This document shows, in pieces, positions 54,565 through 64,000 of a stretch of DNA of 64,000 nt. The DNA is taken from the IMG/VR virus record IMGVR_UViG_3300010403_000705, positions 124,001-188,000 of that record. One strand, written 5' to 3'. The first letter of the stretch is position 1; every line of letters begins with the position of its first letter. The position numbers were made by a program, and so were the translations under genes. The notes below the pieces were generated by a model. It saw only the letters and a list, made by a program, of their open reading frames with translations, did not search any database and was not told where the DNA came from.

Positions 54565-56748
54565 ATGTCACCCTGTAGCCCTAGCGATGTTTCTATAAAT
54601 GTTCCAGATGGTCCAACCGGTCCTTCTATACCAGGTTTTGGAAATCCTTCTTCCATTAACTTACCGAATATAAATCCTTTTCCAGAAGGTTTTCCGGAAG
54701 ATTTGTTGAATTTATTAGATACATTACAATTATTAATTCCTCCTGGAGCTTTAAAACCCGCATTGAACCTTAATTTTGGTAAAGATGTATTTGATGCTAT
54801 TATGAAGTTATTGGATCAGTTTTTACCATTCCTAATGATGTATAAATTTTTCTTACCCGTATTAAATATTATTATTTGTATTATAGAAGTAATTTGCGCT
54901 ATTGCAAATCCTTTCAAATTAATTCCAGCAATTATTAAGCTATTTAAAGAATGCATACCAGCATTCTTATCACTATTTCCTGTATTCGCATTAGTGATTA
55001 TGGTTATTTCATTATTGCTATTATTATTGGCATTAGTTGAATATATAGTGTCACAAATTTTAAAGTTTATCAATACAATATTAAAAAATATTGCTATGCT
55101 AACTAATGCATTCCAAGAGGCTAATGCTAATTCTGTATTAGCAATAGCAAAAAAGATAGGTGCTTTGTTATGCGTTTTTCAAAATTTATTTGTTTTATTG
55201 GCTGTATTCGGAATAATTATTCAAGTAATAAAAGACATTTTAGCTATAGCTTTTGCTATACCTCCCTGTGATGATAATGGTGATTGTTGTACTCCAGACG
55301 TGTGTCCAGCTTTTATTAAATCATCCCCATATACTAGTGTCACAGGTACTTTGCAATATCTAAATGGGGTAGGAGTAAGTACAAATGTAGAGATACCGCT
55401 GCCACCTCCAGCTAACCCTATTTTTCTTACTTATCCTATTAGAACTGAGAGTTGGCAACTATATGATGTAAATCAAACTATTATTCAACAATTTATTAAT
55501 ATCATTAATGCTTTTGATGTGCCTACTTCCACTGACAATTCACCTCCTTTTTTTAAACCAATATTTTTTCCAACTGATAGTGTATATTCTAAAAATACTT
55601 CTCCCAAACAAGCTGCATATACTGTGGATTTAAGAGTTTTTTATAATCCTCAGGAATGGGGGCGTGCAGGCGTACCACGTTTTATAAGGTTTAAAGATTG
55701 TATAGTGACTTCAATTCCATCTCTAAATCTAAATAAATATGATAATTCTACTTCTTCTACATCTACTGGTGTTCTAAATTTGGCTGGTGGTAGAGGATAT
55801 GAAGATGATGGCATACAAGAAATTCATGGTTATGAAATAGATGCTATTACTAGTATTTCTAGTCAAGCAACCTTAGAAAATTTTCTACATAAACCAGATG
55901 TTAATTCAACTGCTCCAGTTTTTTTGCCAAGTGATGGATATTCTTTTAATAATATTGAATACACCTTCAAACCTAATATGTCGGTTCTTTTATCAAAAGA
56001 ACTAGTAACTGCGGGATGCATGCCAGACTTGTCTTTTGCTAAAAATTTCATTAATAATGCATTAGCAGGAGATGTGGCATTAAAAACACAATCATTAAAA
56101 AACATAATCAATAGCGTTAATTTTCCAAATCCTGATGCCGCACAGCAATGCTTATCAACAGCTTTATCTGCATTAAGAGTTAACTTGACGGCACAAGGAG
56201 TATCAGAATTTCAAACTACTGCTACATTATGTTTACAAAAATTAAAGGATGATACTATGACAGCACTTTCAACTTTAATTGGATTAGGATTTGATCCATG
56301 CAAATCAACATTTACAATAAGTCCAGCAGTACAATTTACTAGTAAACCAATTGTCATCAATGTAAATTTAAATGAAAATAATAATATTTCTTTAACAAAT
56401 AATATTCCCATAGAAGTAGCTGATAGTTTGGCACAAAAAATTAAAGGACATGTCACGTTCGGAAATATATCAAATTTCACTTATGATGGATACCAGGCAT
56501 TCACCGCAACTCTCACAAGTACAAATACTGGTAAAGGTCAGATAATGATTTCTTTTGATAATAATATATTTTGTAATAATAATATAGATACATTGAGTCA
56601 TACATTACAAACATTAGATTATCAATTTGTTTATACTCCTAACCAAGGCTCTACAGTACCAGTAGGAGATCAATCTGACGGCACTCAACCAAGAAGAGAT
56701 AATAATGACTTAGCAAATACAGGTCATAATGAAGGTTATAATGGTTGA
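54565..56748 (+). CDS. baseplate-region protein with long hydrophobic Cys-rich domain and C-terminal Ig-like domain
   Basis: 727 aa; residues ~75-235 strongly apolar; FTATLTSTNTGKGQIMISFD resembles Big_1 Ig strands. Confidence 0.6.
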   Translation: MSPCSPSDVSINVPDGPTGPSIPGFGNPSSINLPNINPFPEGFPEDLLNLLDTLQLLIPPGALKPALNLNFGKDVFDAIMKLLDQFLPFLMMYKFFLPVLNIIICIIEVICAIANPFKLIPAIIKLFKECIPAFLSLFPVFALVIMVISLLLLLLALVEYIVSQILKFINTILKNIAMLTNAFQEANANSVLAIAKKIGALLCVFQNLFVLLAVFGIIIQVIKDILAIAFAIPPCDDNGDCCTPDVCPAFIKSSPYTSVTGTLQYLNGVGVSTNVEIPLPPPANPIFLTYPIRTESWQLYDVNQTIIQQFINIINAFDVPTSTDNSPPFFKPIFFPTDSVYSKNTSPKQAAYTVDLRVFYNPQEWGRAGVPRFIRFKDCIVTSIPSLNLNKYDNSTSSTSTGVLNLAGGRGYEDDGIQEIHGYEIDAITSISSQATLENFLHKPDVNSTAPVFLPSDGYSFNNIEYTFKPNMSVLLSKELVTAGCMPDLSFAKNFINNALAGDVALKTQSLKNIINSVNFPNPDAAQQCLSTALSALRVNLTAQGVSEFQTTATLCLQKLKDDTMTALSTLIGLGFDPCKSTFTISPAVQFTSKPIVINVNLNENNNISLTNNIPIEVADSLAQKIKGHVTFGNISNFTYDGYQAFTATLTSTNTGKGQIMISFDNNIFCNNNIDTLSHTLQTLDYQFVYTPNQGSTVPVGDQSDGTQPRRDNNDLANTGHNEGYNG

Positions 56749-58405
56749 TCAAATACCTAATCAAGCTAATTATCAAGATGCACAAAATTTTGATATTGAT
56801 ATTGATAAAATATATAATGATTTTATCTTAGCTATTGATAGAGTTAGAAGCTATACTAACTGTTCTGCTATTAGTAATCAAAGTGCTATAAATATTTTTC
56901 AATCAGGAGATTTAACTTTATCTAAATTAAAATCTCAAGGTTTTATCAGTTTAAAACCACAGGAAAGTAGATGTCACGCTTTTTTTAGAATTATAGGATT
57001 TCCAGTGGTATCGAATGCTTATAAAATATATAATCCTGGGCATGATATAATTTATGATAGTTCCAGGACCATTGGTGCTGCGGTTAGTTCTGCTAAACTA
57101 AGTATTGCTGGAAACCCTATTGCTAAATTTAGAGAGTTATCATTACAAAGAGAAAATTATGTATCTAGTATATTAAACACATTTAATTTAACAAGAACAA
57201 TAGATGCATCTGTGTTAGCATTATCATCTGGTTTTAAAATAAGACAATTTGCCACACCATTAATTAATAATTCAGAAGCTTTTGATATGGAAACTAAAAA
57301 TCAACAATATAAAATAGATTTAAGTAGTTTAGTAGGACTAAATGAAAAAAAATTAACTGAATATGTTGATATTTTTGGTAATTTACCAACTAAATTACAA
57401 TCACAAAGAACACATATTATAAAACCTTTTATAGTGGATCCAGTAATAGATTTTACAGTTAACGACGCAACAAAATTGATTAGCGTACCATTTGTACAAA
57501 ATAAAATTCAATTAATGGTAAAAGACAATGTATTCGTTAATAGACCTATTATAGAACAAGTGATTAGGGATAGATTTACTGTAATTAACCAGCAGTCTAG
57601 CGTAGGCACAGCAGATAAATCAGTTATAGATTATATAAAAAGTATTCCAGCTATTCAAAATGAGGCTATTATAAATAGTATTAGCAGTGGAGATGTTTAT
57701 AAATTAGGAGAGCAAACCCAGTTCGTTAAATTCATTAATATCATTAGGGCTATGGTATCAAAATTAGTAGAATCTCAGTTAATAATTTTTTCCGCACAAT
57801 CTAAATACTATTGGGTTCCTGTGCCATCATTATCAGGACCAGAAGATGGATGTAGTACTCAAGGAGTATTTTTATCCACTAAAGTACCTAGTGATTTTAT
57901 TACTACACGAGATCAAGCAATTATAGAAGCCAAAATTAGAACAACTATTAATCAAGTAAATGCTCAAACATCGAATATACAAGGAGTGCCAGATGTAGGC
58001 GGCTTTTCTTTTGATAGTTTTAAAACTACTTTTGGTCCTGACACTAGCAATGCTTTAGGAGATATTGGTACACAATCTTTAAAAGAATTAACTAAAAAAA
58101 GATCTAGTGAATTACAGAAGGCTAATGATGCTTTAAGAAGCATAGAGATAATTATGGGAGAGTTTAGTGGCTTAGGATTGTGTGACATAATTGCAATTAT
58201 GGGCGCCTTATATATTATGCCTAAGCAAGATTTATTGGGATTTTTGGATGATGATGCTGTAAAAAGAATGAATATATCCCTAAAATTAAATGAATCTAAA
58301 ACAGATATTCAAACAACTATGAAATCTTTTACTAGTTCTGTAAAAGATTATTATAATTTAATGGATAAAATATACCAAGATCAATCACAAAATAATGGAT
58401 TGTAA
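56741..58405 (+). CDS. hypothetical baseplate-region protein
   Basis: Track ORF 56729..58405; GAAGG SD then ATG 56741. Confidence 0.6.
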   Translation: MVDQIPNQANYQDAQNFDIDIDKIYNDFILAIDRVRSYTNCSAISNQSAINIFQSGDLTLSKLKSQGFISLKPQESRCHAFFRIIGFPVVSNAYKIYNPGHDIIYDSSRTIGAAVSSAKLSIAGNPIAKFRELSLQRENYVSSILNTFNLTRTIDASVLALSSGFKIRQFATPLINNSEAFDMETKNQQYKIDLSSLVGLNEKKLTEYVDIFGNLPTKLQSQRTHIIKPFIVDPVIDFTVNDATKLISVPFVQNKIQLMVKDNVFVNRPIIEQVIRDRFTVINQQSSVGTADKSVIDYIKSIPAIQNEAIINSISSGDVYKLGEQTQFVKFINIIRAMVSKLVESQLIIFSAQSKYYWVPVPSLSGPEDGCSTQGVFLSTKVPSDFITTRDQAIIEAKIRTTINQVNAQTSNIQGVPDVGGFSFDSFKTTFGPDTSNALGDIGTQSLKELTKKRSSELQKANDALRSIEIIMGEFSGLGLCDIIAIMGALYIMPKQDLLGFLDDDAVKRMNISLKLNESKTDIQTTMKSFTSSVKDYYNLMDKIYQDQSQNNGL

Positions 58406-58458
58406 ACTCCTTATTGATAATTTATCTATAATTGCGCATTAAGAAGAGAGTTACATAT

Positions 58459-58890
58459 ATGTCATTTGATCTTAAAATAAAAAATAAAGATTTAGTTATT
58501 ATTAATGGTGCTTTACAAACAGTAGTGGATAGTGAAAAACTAATACAAGACATATTAAAAATGTGTTTAACTACTACTGGATCTAACGTATATCAACCGT
58601 GGTATGGATCTTTTCTATCACGAACAATTGTTGGAAATCCTCTTCATACATCTATATTAGTACAAGTTGCTAAATCACAGTTAAATACTGCATTGGATAA
58701 TTTGAAAAATCTACAAAATGCACAAGTACAATCATTTCAAAGAGTTAGCGCTGACGAACAAATTAATGCTATTATAGATATATCTATAATAAGAAATCAA
58801 ATTGATCCTAGGTTATTTGATGTACGTATTCAAGCTACAACCAAGGGATTAAAACCTATTACTACAGCATTTAGGGTTTCTTCAATATAA
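58459..58890 (+). CDS. baseplate wedge protein, gp25/gpW-like (sheath initiator)
   Basis: MSFDLKI...DLVI...EKLIQDI..L.T..GS..YQPWYGS.L: gp25/GP46-type pattern; directly before J-like gene. Confidence 0.85.
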   Translation: MSFDLKIKNKDLVIINGALQTVVDSEKLIQDILKMCLTTTGSNVYQPWYGSFLSRTIVGNPLHTSILVQVAKSQLNTALDNLKNLQNAQVQSFQRVSADEQINAIIDISIIRNQIDPRLFDVRIQATTKGLKPITTAFRVSSI

Positions 58891-58909
58891 AATTGCTGAA
58901 GGATAACAC

Positions 58910-61900
58910 ATGGTTACAATACGTCACGCAAATGAAATTATTCAAAGTTTAGTAGATTTTTTTAGACTAGCACAACCTGATCTAGATACTAAACCGGGTA
59001 CAGTTGCTAGAGATTTATTTATTGAAGCTCCCTCTAGTCAATTGGCTATATTATATGATGAATTAGCCAGTATTTCAAGTAAACAATCTTTGAGATTGGT
59101 TATCGGATCTGATTTAGATAAGTTAGCTAAAAATTTTGGTATTGTTAGAAAACAATCTACTCCTGCTGTTGGGACAGTGTTATTAACATTTTCAGCCATT
59201 AATTCTCCTATCAATATAAATAAAGGAGATACTATAATTGCCACTAATGGAATATCTTATTCTATTACAGCTGGTGTGTCTGTTTCTCCTAGTAATTCTA
59301 ATTTCTATAAATCTTTAGCAAGTAAATTCAGAGATCAATTGGATACGATTGGTATAAGTGATGAATTCGCGGTGCAAGTCACTGTGATTGCTGTATCAGC
59401 TGGCTCTGCTGGAAATATAGGTACTTTTTCTTTATCACGCACTACTATACCAGGTGTCTCAAATGTTACTAATATAAATTCTTTTTCTGGGGGAACAGAT
59501 CAAGAAAGTGATGCTTCTTTTAGAAATCGCGTCTTAGCTTCATTTAGTGGATCTAGTGTTGGCACGGCTTTAGGTTACTTAAATATTGCGTTAAGTACAA
59601 CAGGAGTAGCTGATGCTTATGTGGCGTCTCCTGGAGATGTATTAATGACCAGAGATGGTACTACTGTAAAAATTAATACAGATGGTTCCAGAACTGTTAT
59701 TTCAGAAGGTTCAGGTGGTAAAGTTGATATTATTGTACTAGGAAATAATCTAATAGAAAATAAAGATAGTTTTATTTATAGAGATAAAAGTAATAACAAT
59801 GATCCAACTAATGTAAAAAATAATATTGTTTTAGGACAAATTGTAGGAGATGAGAATAAAACAATTAATAGGAAACGCATAGACAATATTAAAAATGGTA
59901 CGCTACCAGCCCAACCAGTTAATTCTATTTTAGAAGTCACAGGATCTATTAGTGGATCCAATTTTATACCTAAATCAACAGATACCTTAGGCAGAGTATC
60001 AGGTAATTATGAATTAATTAAAGACAATGGAGTGTACGGAGGTAGTCCATGGGGATTTGATACATTTAAATGGGTTTCTAATAAGATATCATTATTTAAT
60101 GAAGATCGAATTAAAGGTCAATTTAATGGACAAGATGCAGTTACTTTTACCGACGTATTAGAAATACCTAAAATACAACAAAGTATCTCGATTACTAACG
60201 AGAACAGTATAGTAACTAATGATAGATCCATTATACAACTTTTACATACTCCCTCTATTAATGTAACTAGAGTGTTTAATGTTCACACCGGTGAAAGATA
60301 TATTATAACAAATCAAAACTTAGATGGATCTAGCACATTTAATAATACAGGAAGAATACAAATTTCTGGAAACACATTACCTTCACCAAGTGATCAATTG
60401 CAAGTTGATTATAATTGGATAGTAAATTATGATCAATATGCAGATTATGATGGTTTATCCAATACTATAAATGCAAGACCGGTCACTGATAGTATCGATT
60501 GGGGATTTGCATCTATTGTAAATAATGAAAATATATTATTTACAAAGGATATTTCTAATGGATTTTTTTCTGGTATTTCGTCGCATCCGATTAGCGTAGT
60601 TTTATCAGCTAAATCATTTGTAGAAGTTAATGGAATAGTAAAAAAAGTTAATTCAGGTATATTTGTTAATAGATTATCTGTAACAATAAATAATTTGTTC
60701 AAACCTACCACATCGATTGATGAAGTTACTTGGAAAAATAATAATACAGAATTGTATATAACCGCACAAAATAATGGTAGTTTTAGTAACAATACAGTTG
60801 TGTCTGGAATTAATATATTGTATAATACTATTATTATATTACCAAGTGATACAGTAGCAATTGATGGAGATAAAGTATCTGTCATCTTAAATAGCTTTGA
60901 TGTTTTTCATGGAATAGATATTAATGGAAGTAGTACTAACACACAGATTACTATACCAAGCTCTCTTTTAACTACACTTGCAAATGCAATTATGTTAAGA
61001 GTAACTTATATTGCTAATATTTCTGATTTATTTTCTTTGTCTACTACGTCATTACCTAGTAGTAGAGTAGGTAATGGTTTTATACCTAACACAAATATTG
61101 GATTTAATAATTTTAGTCAAGTAAATATTTCAAGAAGAGAACATCAAATTGTACAAAAAAACAATAGTAACCAACTATATATTGATTTAAATTCTTCTGC
61201 CGTAGATTTTTCTTTAACTACATCACAAGTAGTTTCTATAGTTAGGTTGTCTGATAATCTAGAGCTTTGGAATTCGGATAATATTGGGAATATTATTGTT
61301 AGTAACACAGGAAACTACCAAATAGTTTTAAATGGTGTTAATACTCCTAGTACGGGAGATAGGGTTTTAATCATATATTACACATACGATATTCGTAGAT
61401 TTCAACCTTTTAGTTATTCCAATAGTTTAATTAAAAATAAAATAAATACCTTACAAGTTGATCCAAATACAAATAGATTAGCGATACCACTAAATAATTT
61501 TGTTTCACAATCCAACATTGCATTTAGTATAGTAGAGCCGAATACTGATATTGTTTTATTTAATGCTACAGATGGTAATTTAACAGATAATAATACTAAT
61601 GCATTATTAACAAGCGCTAGTATTAATTTTGCCACATTAACTGATTTATTAAATAAAAAGATTAAAATTACTGGGTCGTCTGGTAATTTTAATAATGGCG
61701 TATATGATATTATTAATTATAATACTACAACAAATACATTAACCATCACTAATATTTTAGATAAAATAACTACTGATCAAATTTGTGTGATAAGAATTTC
61801 TGATGGACAAGAAATATGGAATTATGGAGGTATTATAGATAACGGTAATAATAAAATATTATTACCTACTAGTAATTTTGCGCATGCCGGTGATAAAGTG

Positions 61901-63004
61901 TATGTTCTATTATTCAATTTTAATGTACTAAGAAAAGCAGCTACTAAAATATCTGGTACTATCGTAGATCAAGTTGTTAATACAGGAGTATTAACAATAA
62001 ATGGTACAACTTTATTTAAAGCAGAAGATGTAATTTTTACAGTTACTAATACTGGTCTAAAATTAAATATCACTGAAGCAGTTAGAAAAGTTCTTGGTAT
62101 TTCTTCTGCAATTTCCATACCTAATAACATAAAAATTGTTAGAGTTACTAAAATGGAAAAAGTAGTAACAGTCAGCGCAAGTAATGATGAAGTACTACAA
62201 GTGTTAACAGTGTATGATTTAAAAAATGCGATAGTGCAAAATAATTTATTATATCCAAATGAATTATTAGCAAATCCTACATTATCAAACTTAGATATTA
62301 TATTGCCTAGTACCACAAATAATATGTTGAATAATAATACACATAATTTACCTACTTTAGGTGATAAAATTAAAATAACTTTTTATTATATTATTGAAAA
62401 TGATTCGGAAAATTTGTCATATACCAGAAATGGCACACTATATACTAATAAAAAATTCGCTTTTATCAATAAAACTTATATATCTAGCGGTTTCAAATCT
62501 TCTCAATCTACTAAATTTACCGCTACCTCTTTTACTCAGCCTAGTTTGGGATCTCGATATAAAACATTCTATGATTATTTAGCTCCAAAACCAAACGAAA
62601 GAATCGTGGTTCGTTATAACTATAATAAAATAATCTCCGATGTTACTTTTAATTTAGAAAATACAAGACCCATTAATGCAGATGTTATTGCTCGTGAAGC
62701 AAAACAAGTGCTTATAGATTTAACTATGAATGTAGTAATAAACGAAACTGCACAATCGTCTACAACAACAATTTTGCAAAACTTACGAGATCAATTAATT
62801 TCTGCCATGACTACTACTAAATTAGGAGATATAGTTGATACATTTAGTTTGATTAATGTGGCTCAAGCTGTAAAAGGTATCGCTCGTGCTAGAATACTTT
62901 ATTTTAATAAGAGTGGCAAATTAGGGCAAGTATTAAATGTTCAAGCCCAACAAGACGAATATCTAACACCTAATAATGTGATTATTAATACAGAGACCAG
63001 ATAA
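58910..63004 (+). CDS. baseplate wedge J-like (gp6-like) protein, greatly extended
   Basis: 1364 aa; LDTKPG.VARDLF, LDKLA.NFGI.RK, AGSAGNI, VTN...FSGGTDQESDA.FRNR baseplate-J motifs. Confidence 0.88.
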   Translation: MVTIRHANEIIQSLVDFFRLAQPDLDTKPGTVARDLFIEAPSSQLAILYDELASISSKQSLRLVIGSDLDKLAKNFGIVRKQSTPAVGTVLLTFSAINSPININKGDTIIATNGISYSITAGVSVSPSNSNFYKSLASKFRDQLDTIGISDEFAVQVTVIAVSAGSAGNIGTFSLSRTTIPGVSNVTNINSFSGGTDQESDASFRNRVLASFSGSSVGTALGYLNIALSTTGVADAYVASPGDVLMTRDGTTVKINTDGSRTVISEGSGGKVDIIVLGNNLIENKDSFIYRDKSNNNDPTNVKNNIVLGQIVGDENKTINRKRIDNIKNGTLPAQPVNSILEVTGSISGSNFIPKSTDTLGRVSGNYELIKDNGVYGGSPWGFDTFKWVSNKISLFNEDRIKGQFNGQDAVTFTDVLEIPKIQQSISITNENSIVTNDRSIIQLLHTPSINVTRVFNVHTGERYIITNQNLDGSSTFNNTGRIQISGNTLPSPSDQLQVDYNWIVNYDQYADYDGLSNTINARPVTDSIDWGFASIVNNENILFTKDISNGFFSGISSHPISVVLSAKSFVEVNGIVKKVNSGIFVNRLSVTINNLFKPTTSIDEVTWKNNNTELYITAQNNGSFSNNTVVSGINILYNTIIILPSDTVAIDGDKVSVILNSFDVFHGIDINGSSTNTQITIPSSLLTTLANAIMLRVTYIANISDLFSLSTTSLPSSRVGNGFIPNTNIGFNNFSQVNISRREHQIVQKNNSNQLYIDLNSSAVDFSLTTSQVVSIVRLSDNLELWNSDNIGNIIVSNTGNYQIVLNGVNTPSTGDRVLIIYYTYDIRRFQPFSYSNSLIKNKINTLQVDPNTNRLAIPLNNFVSQSNIAFSIVEPNTDIVLFNATDGNLTDNNTNALLTSASINFATLTDLLNKKIKITGSSGNFNNGVYDIINYNTTTNTLTITNILDKITTDQICVIRISDGQEIWNYGGIIDNGNNKILLPTSNFAHAGDKVYVLLFNFNVLRKAATKISGTIVDQVVNTGVLTINGTTLFKAEDVIFTVTNTGLKLNITEAVRKVLGISSAISIPNNIKIVRVTKMEKVVTVSASNDEVLQVLTVYDLKNAIVQNNLLYPNELLANPTLSNLDIILPSTTNNMLNNNTHNLPTLGDKIKITFYYIIENDSENLSYTRNGTLYTNKKFAFINKTYISSGFKSSQSTKFTATSFTQPSLGSRYKTFYDYLAPKPNERIVVRYNYNKIISDVTFNLENTRPINADVIAREAKQVLIDLTMNVVINETAQSSTTTILQNLRDQLISAMTTTKLGDIVDTFSLINVAQAVKGIARARILYFNKSGKLGQVLNVQAQQDEYLTPNNVIINTETR

Positions 63005-63007
63005 ATC

Positions 63008-64000
63008 ATGCAAAATTTAAGAATCATTAATGTACAAGTAAACAATAGTTCAAATATTGATGTTATTTTTACAGACAACTTAACTAGTAATCTTACAACA
63101 TCAAATGTAGTTATTATAACAGATACGCCAGACGTACCTTCTTCTGAGGTGTTAGAAATAAAAGTAATAGGTAATACGCTAAGCATTATTTGTCAACCAT
63201 TAACTCCATTAGCCGCTTATTTTGTTAAATTTGAATCTACAACTTTACACCCATTTATTTCTTTAAATGGAGAAGCTAAAATATCTGAAGATGGCGTTTC
63301 AAATAAATATTTAATACTTGGACCATTAGCTCCAGATAATGCTGTCAAAAATTATTTTCTTTCTTATTTTAAAGATAATGTTTATGATATTAACGATGAT
63401 AATGCTCTTGTCACAAAATATATAAACTCTTTATCTATAGCTTTATCTAGAGCCTTATATGATATTGGTCAATTGAAAAATGAAAATTATCTTTCTTTTA
63501 CTGTTACTGATGAACAAAAAACAAGAGGTGAAGGACCATTTGATAGATTAAATGAAGAGGGAGCATATGATATCATTAGAGTAGGCAGAAATGTAAGTAC
63601 TGCTAATGCAAAAATGATATTTTCTATAGATAATTTTCCTACTTTCCCGATTACCTTACAACAACAGAGTAATATAGAATATTTAAAGACTAATTCTATA
63701 GACGAGGCGGGTTATTTTAACATCAATAATCTAATTTTAAATTTAAATACTTCTCCCATAACAAAAATTAAAAGTATCATTTTTACGTTAACTACTAACA
63801 ATCCAATTTACGTATATGATATAGAAAAATTAGGTTATCAGATAAGAAATTCTAGATATGATCAAGAGTTCGCTTTTGATTATATTTTGTTAAATGATAA
63901 TCAGGTGAAAATTAGTGATAAAATTTTAGAGGATGCTAATTTTTCTTTAAATAATATTTTTAACATAGAAGTTAATTATGAATCAAAGGATTTAGGTAGA
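63008..64000 (+). CDS. putative baseplate wedge partner protein, 5' part (runs off window end)
   Basis: Manual translation from ATG 63008 (MQNLRIINVQVNNSSNIDVIF...), appears open to 64000; follows the J-like gene; absent from track because it has no stop. Confidence 0.65.
   Translation, partial: MQNLRIINVQVNNSSNIDVIFTDNLTSNLTTSNVVIITDTPDVPSSEVLEIKVIGNTLSIICQPLTPLAAYFVKFESTTLHPFISLNGEAKISEDGVSNKYLILGPLAPDNAVKNYFLSYFKDNVYDINDDNALVTKYINSLSIALSRALYDIGQLKNENYLSFTVTDEQKTRGEGPFDRLNEEGAYDIIRVGRNVSTANAKMIFSIDNFPTFPITLQQQSNIEYLKTNSIDEAGYFNINNLILNLNTSPITKIKSIIFTLTTNNPIYVYDIEKLGYQIRNSRYDQEFAFDYILLNDNQVKISDKILEDANFSLNNIFNIEVNYESKDLGR

Noticed and set aside
39603-64000. Extracellular contractile injection system, tailocin or T6SS
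   Set aside because: The same locus encodes capsid, prohead protease, neck proteins, chaperone frameshift and tape measure, so it is a complete phage
1-64000. Eukaryotic giant virus (NCLDV) origin suggested by AT-richness and the phosphatase
   Set aside because: Shine-Dalgarno sites, overlapping operonic genes, intrinsic terminators, HK97-type capsid and contractile tail genes indicate a bacteriophage

Overview
The window is a continuous, AT-rich (about 30% GC by eye), almost entirely plus-strand virion morphogenesis module of a large, probably jumbo, contractile-tailed (myovirus-type) dsDNA phage read in the standard bacterial code. Gene order: head-region proteins including a CX5R tyrosine/dual-specificity phosphatase; a 1226-aa prohead protease-scaffold fusion; a block of paralogous, probably internal head proteins; two paralogous decoration-like proteins; an HK97-type major capsid protein; beta-rich fibre/spike proteins; an accessory island (HNH, cold-shock protein, membrane proteins, minus-strand genes); neck proteins; tail terminator, sheath, tube, chaperone, tape measure; baseplate hub, spike, gp25-like wedge and J-like wedge. 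Portal, terminase, lysin, tRNA and CRISPR are not seen. All product calls come from motifs and synteny, not database searches. Most notable observations: (1) a candidate head-cargo system: a shared helical leader plus recurrent x-x-Ala motifs in head-region proteins, with a herpes-assemblin-like protease/scaffold carrying nested in-frame starts; (2) a GC-rich, apparently multi-conformation RNA leader immediately upstream of the capsid gene; (3) a -1 frameshift signal (slippery heptamer plus 10-bp hairpin) in the tail chaperone; (4) a perfect 42-bp palindrome; (5) a strongly hydrophobic Cys-rich protein inside the baseplate operon; (6) a domain shared between tail sheath and baseplate wedge; (7) a doubly inactivated GIY-YIG endonuclease.
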